DNA of 54,802 nucleotides, from the NCBI GenBank assembly GCA_000388065.2, contig KB932206.1. One strand, given 5' to 3'. This DNA comes from Fonticula alba ATCC 38817 (Eukaryota; Protista; Nucleariida). The notes beneath the pieces are model-generated. The model was not told where the DNA came from, did no database searches, and saw nothing but the letters and a program-made list of their open reading frames with translations. Below, piece by piece: positions 47,101 through 54,802 of the stretch; position 1 is the first letter of the stretch, and each line of letters starts with the position of its first letter. Both the position numbers and the translations under genes were made by a program.

Positions 47101-50100
47101 CGCATTTCCCTGTCGGTGTCCTCGCACGAGCTGGGCTCGCTGACGGGGACATCGCCCCCGACCAGTCGGCCCCCCGGGCTGCCTGTCACCCCGAGCATGC
47201 CGATTGCCGGCTCGAGCGGCTCGCCGGGCGCCGCGGTGCCGATCACGAAGTCCGCGTCGCCCGGGTCGCGCGTGCGTGTGCCCCCGGCCGGTGCCGGCCT
47301 CGGTGCCGCGAGCCCCTCGGCCGGGCCCGGCCTCCGGCCCCTCTCAGCCACCGCCACTTCGGCCACCCTCGGCCTGAGTGCGATCAGCTTGAGCTTCGCC
47401 GCGCAAAGTAGCCGCTCGCAAGCCATCCATGACCTCTTCCTGCTGGAGTTGGAGTATGCTCGCCTGGCTGAGCAGGTGCCGCGCCAGCTTCTCCGGCCGC
47501 TTTTCGCCCTGCTCGGGATGGTTGGGGCCGAGTATTCGACGGCGGCCATGGCGGCGGCCAGCGCGGCCGGGCCGCCACGATGCCTGCTTTGCCGGCTGGC
47601 TGCCGCCTTCGAGGCTGGCGGTCCGGCGGCTCGGGATCCCGGCTGCCCGATCTCCAGCCTTGGCCATTCGCCGGCCCTCCCGCCGACCGGGCTCCAGGCT
47701 TTCCTGGCCATGGTCGATGCTCGGTCCGATGAGCCGTCTCCCTTCCATCACCCTCCGCAGGGGCTGCTGTCGACCACCGACTCGGACATGAGCGTGGCCT
47801 CCGTGCATTCGAATTCCTCCTCCTCCTCCTCCTCCTCCTCCTCGGCTGTGGGCGATGCTGCTGGCCCATCGCGCCCCGGGGCCCATGATTGCCCCTGTGG
47901 CCGGGGCTTGACGCTGGCCGGGTCGGCCGATCTGGTGGATGGCTTGCGCGACATCTTCGATCGGGCAGGCTTCCTGGACCGGACCCTGGCCTTGCGGCAT
48001 GCGGCCCTGCTCCGCCTGCTCGGGGACCACTTGGTCGTGTGCTGCGCGGTGACCGGGCGTCGGTTGGATTCGGCCTCGGCCATTGCGGCCGTCACGGCGG
48101 CCTCCGCCGCTGGGCTCCCGCCGCCGGCGCACATTACCACCATCGATCCGACCGTTCTCGTGGGCGCGGCGCTCGTGGACCATGTACGCACATCCGCCAG
48201 CTTGGCATCGGGCGAGGGCCAGGGGGCGGGACCCTTTCCCAAGACATTGGCTTTCCCCTGCTCAAAGGCTCCCTTCATCGGTCGCCCGGTTTCTGATGCT
48301 CCTCCTCCCGTCGACGTGTCCAGCTCCGGTCGATTCATCAAACCTATGCCACGCACATCAAGCTCATGGGTGAGCGCTTGCTGAAGCTCCAGGCCCTCCT
48401 GCGGCGGTATCGCGCGCTCGGAGCCTTTGTCGCTCCTCTGGAGAGCGGCCTGGAGGAATGCCACCGGGCGCTCGCCAACTTGACACGGTACCTGTGTCCG
48501 ACGGAGGCCGGGACCTCGGCCCGGGCGCCTGGGGACTTCCAGCCGCCCGGATCTCCGATCGTGGCCCCGGCAGGCGTGACCGCGCATCCGAGCCCCGTGG
48601 CAGACACCCTGCCCTTCCTGTGCCAGACCCTGGACCAGGTGCTGATGCTGCCACTGCAGTATCTCTCGCGCCTGGTGGTCCTGGTGGGCGGTACGTCCAC
48701 TCCGGATCCCTTTCCTCCGTTCTTTTTGCCCCTTCCCTTGCGCGGTGTTGGCTCCATCTTCTTTGCTGCCTAACACCGCCACCGCCACTGCCACCGCCAC
48801 TGCCATCGCCGCTCCTCCTTTCCTGACATGTCGTCACCCCGCCTCCAGAAATCGCCCACCATACGCCGAAGGCTCACGCGGACCACTCGCCCCTGCGCAG
48901 TGTCTTGTCGAAGCTCGAGCTGTTGACCGCCTCGATGCAATCCATCCGGCCGGCCGCCCTGCAGGTGTATACCCCGGAGTTGGCCTTCGATCCGCTGCTC
49001 ATCCGGCACCTGTGTAACCCGCCGGCCCCGACAGGCAGGTCGCCCAGCCCAACTGCCGGAGCCGGGCCCTCCGGCCGCCCGGCACCCCCGCGTGCCTCCC
49101 TACGCGTGGTGGCCGATGGCTCGGACGCCGGGCGTATTGTCTTGGCGAGCCTGCTGGTGGAGGACATCACCCCGCGCCCGGTGCACACCCCAGGCACCAT
49201 GGCGGCGCGCCCCGTGGCGGTCAGCCCGGCGGCTGGCTCATTGTCGCCCTTCGTTCGGCGCATGTCCCTCGTCGAGTCGCCGACCGGCTTCGGCCTGAGT
49301 GCCTCGCCTGGCGCCTCGCCGGTCGGCACGCCGCCCTCCTTTGGTGGCTCACTGTCGGCCTCGTTGACCAGCCTCCCGGTGGCCGGGCATCTCGGGGTCG
49401 CAAGCCCGCTTGCCTCGGGACCGGGCAGCGCGTCGCAGTCTCTCTCCGCCTTCCCGGCCGCCTCGAATGGGTCGCTCGACTCCAGCCACAGCGGCAGCGC
49501 CAGCGGCCTGTCGCCGCCGCTTCTCGCCGTGGGATCCGGCGACCTGGCCAGCAGCCGCGCGCGGCCCGTTCGACTGACCCTCTACAATGACGGCTTGCTC
49601 TTGAGTAGCCCGGTGTCCGGTGCCGGTGGCGGCCTCGCTGCCGGGGGGTCGGCCACTGACATTCAACGCCCGGCCGGTGCCCTGTCCGGGCCCGGGGCCC
49701 TGCATCAAATGGAGGCCTTCATCCCCTTGCGGCACCTGTCGGTAATGCTGAATCCCGCCGAGGGCGAGGACGCCCTGGCCCTGGTGGCTCCCGGCTGCTT
49801 CCTGACCGGGCAGCCCCTTTCCCCGCCTCTGATCGCCATGCTGGCGGATATGCTTGGCCAGGCGGGCGGCTCCTCGACGGGCGGCCAATTGCAGGGATAC
49901 TCGCGACGGGTGTTCCGCGCGCTGACTGGCCCGACGGCCGGCAGCTCCCTGGCTGCCAGCCTGACCGAGCTGCTCGGTGCACAGCGCCCGGATGCGGATG
50001 GCGGCCTGGCCCTGCCTTCGGCCCTGCCTTCGGCCCTGCCGATGTCCGGCCCGGTGAAGGGCATCTCGCGCGTCACCTCCGAGGCCAGTCTCTCCTCCCT

Positions 50101-52957
50101 GTCGGAGGCGAGTCAGAATGCCCCGGCCTCGGATGCTGCCCCGATGCCGGCCGCCCGGCCGGCTCCCCTGATGATCGGCTCCATGTCGGCCTCCAGCCTG
50201 TCCTGCCTGCAGCGCATTCAGCGCGGCGATGAGCTGGCCGCGGCGGTCGATGCCGAGGTTGTCCGATCCGCGGTCACCGGCACCGGGCCGAGTGCCCCCG
50301 AGCGCGGGCTCTTCCGGCTGTTTGCCATTTTCCTCACACAGTGCCAGCGACATGTGGACCGCGGTACGTGCCTTGCCTGGTGGCCGCCGATGCGGGCCCT
50401 TGGTCGTGCGATGGTCCGAGCCTCATCATTGTGTCCCCTACTGACCCTCTCTCTCCCTTGCCGGGTCCCGGCCCTTGCCCCTCCCCCTGTGGTCCGTGCC
50501 GCCAGCTGCCCCGGCCTTTCAAATTCGCCGGTCGAGCGGCCTCTCCACGCGCCTGGCCTCCCTTGGTGGACGGACNNNNNNNNNNNNNNNNNNNNNNNNN
50601 NNNNNNNNNNNNNNNNNNNNNNNNNNNNNNNNNNNNNNNNNNNNNNNNNNNNNNNNNNNNNNNNNNNNNNNNNNNNNNNNNNNNNNNNNNNNNNNNNNNN
50701 NNNNNNNNNNNNNNNNNNNNNNNNNNNNNNNNNNNNNNNNNNNNNNNNNNNNNNNNNNNNNNNNNNNNNNNNNNNNNNNNNNNNNNNNNNNNNNNNNNNN
50801 NNNNNNNNNNNNNNNNNNNNNNNNNNNNNNNNNNNNNNNNNNNNNNNNNNNNNNNNNNNNNNNNNNNNNNNNNNNNNNNNNNNNNNNNNNNNNNNNNNNN
50901 NNNNNNNNNNNNNNNNNNNNNNNNNNNNNNNNNNNNNNNNNNNNNNNNNNNNNNNNNNNNNNNNNNNNNNNNNNNNNNNNNNNNNNNNNNNNNNNNNNNN
51001 NNNNNNNNNNNNNNNNNNNNNNNNNNNNNNNNNNNNNNNNNNNNNNNNNNNNNNNNNNNNNNNNNNNNNNNNNNNNNNNNNNNNNNNNNNNNNNNNNNNN
51101 NNNNNNNNNNNNNNNNNNNNNNNNNNNNNNNNNNNNNNNNNNNNNNNNNNCCTTTGCGAAGAGACTCATCCAATCTTTGTCTTCCCCCCCCCCCCCCCGG
51201 CGGGGCAGGCATGGCCCCCGGGTCGCTTCGGGCTCCGGGAGTCCTTCTCCCAACCGGACCTTCAGGATGCCGGGGCGCCGGACACCTTGAGCTCTGGCTC
51301 GGCCATCCGGCCGCCGACCCTGGCCCATGCTCGTGCTGACCAGCCCGACTGCTTGGCGGCCTTCCTGACGCTACTGGCTCCGGAGGGCGATCATTCGAAC
51401 CGGGCCCGGCCGATTGTGGCCCAATTGCCGAAAACCCGGTCCGGGATGCCCCGGCGTGCGCCCTCCTCCGGGAGTCTGGCCGGGCCGGTGGATTTGGCCC
51501 CCGGCTCGCCGGGCGAGGCCCTCACTGCGTCCATGTTGTCCACCTCGCCGGCGGGCGGTGGCAGCTCCACCGGGCCGGCGCCCATGTCGCCCGGCGGCAT
51601 CATTGCCGATGGTCCCGGCGGAGGCGTCGAGCCCTCCTCCGGGTCCAGCGCTCCGGTGCAACAGCTGAACGCCCTGCCGCCGCTGCCCCTGGGGCTGGTG
51701 CGCCATGTGCTGGATTCGGCCCTGTCCATTGATGAGCGCCTGATTGGCCTGCTGCTGTCCCCGCACTCGGCTCGCCTGCTGGAGGGCGAGCGCTTGGCCC
51801 GCCTGCTGGATGTCGGCGGCCCGCTGGCCGGCCAGCCCCCGGGACCGGCCCCCACCCGGCCTCTGTCCATCCTGCTCTTTGAGGATCTCCTCGCGAGCCA
51901 GCTTTCCTCCAGTGGCTCCGGCCGATCGGCCTCCAGCGTGTCGCTCACCGCCACGATGGGCCTCTCCTCGCCGGCCCCGCGCCTGGGTTCCGGGGGGGGA
52001 TCCGGCTCGACGGGCTCGCTCAAGCAATTGCCCGCCCTGAGCAGCTCCAGCAGCAGTGGGTTCCTGGTGAACTCCAGCAGTGGGACCCTGCGCCGACAGG
52101 CCGGCGGTGCCCCGACCTCCGGCCTGACCCTCTATGCGCTGGCGGTGGACATGCTGGCCGCCGGGCCGGGCAGCATGGCCGGCGCGACACCGGGCGGGCC
52201 TGACCCGGCGGCAAGCCCCGTGCTTGAGGCCTATCGCGGGCTGCTGCTGGGCGAGCACTCCAGCGAGAATGTGGACTTCTGGCTGGCGGTCATTGCCTTC
52301 GACCTGGACCCCACCCTGGAGAAGATGAGTCGGATCTGCTCGCACTTCATCCTGCCGGCCGCCAGCCAGGAGGTCAACCTGTCGCTGCCCTGCCGCCGGG
52401 CCACCCTGGACATGTGCCTGCTGGCGACGGACATCGCCCGGTCGGAGTACTATTTCCGCCTGGTTGGCGGGGCCAATGGCGGGTCGCAGGACTGGGGCAT
52501 CACCTCGCGCGAGGATGCTGCTCACTATTCCCAGGCTCTGGCCCGCATGGTGGCCGAGGCGGAATCCGCCTCCAGTCGCGAGGTGTCGCCCCACTTGCCG
52601 GCTGTGGGTGAGGCCGCCGGACCGCTGGCAGCCCCGGCCACCGAGTCCGGGGGCTTCATGCGTGTTCGCTCGCGCAGCCGCAGTGCCAGCAGCTCCTCGG
52701 CCGATGGGGCCCCCGGCGCCGCGGCATTGGCCGAAGCGGCGGCCTCCCGGCGGACCTTCGCCTGGCGCCCCGAGGGCATGACCGACCAGTCTCCCTATTG
52801 GCGCTTGGTTTTGAGCGATGTCCCTGCCTCCATGCCCATGCCGCGTGGGCTCTTCTCCGATGCCCAGTCGGAAACCCTGCGACTGATGGTTGGCGACAGC
52901 TTCCCCCGGTTCCTGAATGCACTGGCCGGATCGCGGCACAATCGCCGCTCGGGCTAG
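44172..52957 (+). CDS. Large Ser/Pro/Gly-rich protein with DH (RhoGEF) and split PH domains and a C-terminal RGS domain; internal gap 50576-51150
   Basis: DH: RSQAIHDLFLLELEYARL; VGAALVDH|LRSIHQTYATHI..GAFVAPLE; LDQVLMLPLQYLSRLVVLVG|EIAHHTPKAHADHSPLRSVLSKLELLTASMQ. PH-like strands: RPVRLTLYNDGLLL, MEAFIPLRHLSV. RGS: YRGLLLGEHSSENVDFWLAV..ICSHFILPAASQEVNL...LFSDAQSETLRLMVGDSFPRFL. Confidence 0.85.
50576..51150. other. Assembly gap (575 N) inside the RhoGEF-RGS gene. Other gaps: 6867-6947, 21948-22043, 22592-22601, 25729-25926, 42368-42761, 53957-54219
   Basis: Runs of n. Several abut poly-C/G or simple repeats. Confidence 0.99.
51151..51185 (+). repeat. 35-nt exact duplicate of 54768-54802 (cctttgcgaagagactcatccaatctttgtcttcc)
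   Basis: Direct comparison. One copy starts exactly at a gap edge and the other ends the window. Confidence 0.95.
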
Positions 52958-53490
52958 TGCCGGAGAGGCCATCGCGGGAGTGTTTGCCCTCCCGGCTCCC
53001 CCTGCTCTCAGACGTGTGTGTGTGTGTGTGTGTGTTGACACGTGCTTGGCCATCTGCTCCTGCCCTGTCTGGTGATCCGGGCCGGCCGGCTCTTGTCTCT
53101 GCTCTCCCTCTTGCCTTTCGCCTGTCTTCGTGCCCCTCCCTCGCCCCCGCCTCCTCCCCCCGGCCTGTGTGGCGGCCAGAGTCCGCCCGGAAAAGGGTGA
53201 CCGGCGGGGCGGACCCATTGGGCGTGCCGTGTGGGCACACGGACAACTGCACTTGTGTCCTTCTGTCTTTTCTTCTTCCTCTTTTCATCCTGGACTCCCG
53301 GTTTCCCCGTTGTTTCCCTTCTCGCCGCCCCTCCTGGTGTCACGCCGGTGTGCAGGAGAGGCGTGTGGCACCCCCGGCCACCGACGGGGGGGGGCAGCAG
53401 TTCCCCCCTCCCCCCGCGCGGTGGGCTGTGTCCACTCGAAGGTGACACACATGTCCATGCCTTGTGTTCTCCCTCTCCCTCCCTCTCTCG

Positions 53491-53525
<35 letters not shown>

Positions 53526-53806
53526 TCGTTGTGTCTCTTTCCTCCTCGCAAGTCCTGATCGGACCAATGCACACATACTTGCCTTTGATGCCAGTTCCTT
53601 CCTCGGTCACTGCGTGTGGGTGTGTGACCGAGAGAGAGAGATCGACCGAAGGCAGGATCGAGGATGAGCGGCGGCGGTCCGCCTGGGTGCGGAGCCCACG
53701 CCCGATGGGCGGCGAGGACCCATCGCCCGCACCACAGTAAGGGGTCGAGCGGGGCCCTGACCGCGAACTCGCAAATGCCAGTCAGATTCCGGTCCCCATT
53801 CGGGGG

Positions 53807-53843
<37 letters not shown>

Positions 53844-54219
53844 CGGGCGGGCCACGCTTGGCGGGGGCCCGGACCCGGGCCCGGGAGAGCGGGACGGGCG
53901 GGGTGGGGGGGGAAGGGGGCGCCGGCCCGCGGTCCAGGACGCGCCGTCAGCAACGGNNNNNNNNNNNNNNNNNNNNNNNNNNNNNNNNNNNNNNNNNNNN
54001 NNNNNNNNNNNNNNNNNNNNNNNNNNNNNNNNNNNNNNNNNNNNNNNNNNNNNNNNNNNNNNNNNNNNNNNNNNNNNNNNNNNNNNNNNNNNNNNNNNNN
54101 NNNNNNNNNNNNNNNNNNNNNNNNNNNNNNNNNNNNNNNNNNNNNNNNNNNNNNNNNNNNNNNNNNNNNNNNNNNNNNNNNNNNNNNNNNNNNNNNNNNN
54201 NNNNNNNNNNNNNNNNNNN

Positions 54220-54660
54220 TCCTCCTCCTCCTCCTCCTCCTCCTCCTCGGGTCCGCTGGCTGTCCCGGCAGGCCACGGGTCCTCGGCATCATTGTCCTTG
54301 TCGCCAAATGTCTCGCCCTTCTCCTCGAGCAGTAGCATCCCCATGGCAGCAGCTGTGAGCGGTGAGGAGAAAATGGCCACCTCGCCGGGGGCGTCGCGCC
54401 TGCTGGGCGAGCCGTCCGAAGTGCGTCTGCTCTTCTTCCATGCGGCCCAATTGGGGTCTCAGCGAACCACGGTGGCCATGCCGATTGCCCCGCCGCCCGG
54501 CCTGTGGGATGCGCAAACCCCATCCTCCCCGGCGCCGGGGCACTTCCCCCGGGCCGACAGTGGCATGCTGGCCTCGCCCCTGTCCGAGCATGGTGCCGCC
54601 TTCTCGGTCGATGGGACTCCCGATACTGCTCCCCTGTCGCCCTTCTCGTTTGCCCCCCCA
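54220..54660 (+). CDS. Orphan coding exon fragment (147 codons), probably the missing exon of the RhoGEF-RGS gene placed out of order by the assembly
   Basis: Stop-free Ser/Pro-rich frame ending at a phase-0 GTGCGT donor (54661). The downstream intron ends in 35 nt (54768-54802) identical to 51151-51185. Confidence 0.75.
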
Positions 54661-54802
54661 GTGCGTTGCATGTGTCCCGCCGCCGGCAGGCCCCTCGGCC
54701 TGCCTGCTTTTTCGCGCACCCCGCCCCCGCCGCCCGGCTTCCCGGGTTTGCTCCTCCCTACCTGCCTCCTTTGCGAAGAGACTCATCCAATCTTTGTCTT
54801 CC

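Noticed and set aside
53607-54786. Minus-strand ORFs spanning the last gap (poly-Glu PEEEEEEE)
   Set aside because: They are the antisense of the misplaced plus-strand Ser-rich exon and are joined artificially through Ns.
1-54802. tRNA, rRNA, transposon or selenoprotein signals
   Set aside because: I saw no cloverleaf, rRNA-like tract, terminal repeats with transposase or RT motifs, or conserved in-frame TGA by eye. tRNAscan-SE, Infernal and RepeatModeler would be decisive.

Overview
This is a GC-rich, intron-containing eukaryotic scaffold segment with several N gaps. Gene content and intron style suggest a unicellular opisthokont such as Fonticula, but this is an inference. Most of the supplied six-frame ORFs are GC artefacts. 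Hand-splicing supports about 13 protein-coding genes: type II Ca2+/H+ exchanger (VNX1-like, +), ribokinase (-), MCUR1/CCDC90/Fmp32-like mitochondrial protein (+), RAD6/UBE2A (-), tandem-WW protein (-), DEAH/RHA helicase-like protein with every catalytic motif destroyed (+, DHX35-like pseudohelicase), RNA Pol I subunit RPA34 (+), TAF6 (-), UFL1 (+), TFIIIC TFC4/GTF3C3 (+), NTAQ1 (+), LPAAT/PlsC (-), PITHD1 (-), plus a large DH-PH RhoGEF with a C-terminal canonical RGS domain (+). The main points of interest are the dead DHX35-like helicase, the DH-PH-RGS protein (intact GAP residues, degenerate GEF residues), and the terminal contig 54220-54802, which appears to be the misplaced exon missing from the gap in that gene. 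I found no tRNA, rRNA, CRISPR or transposon that I can support. All family assignments come from remembered motifs, not from database searches.
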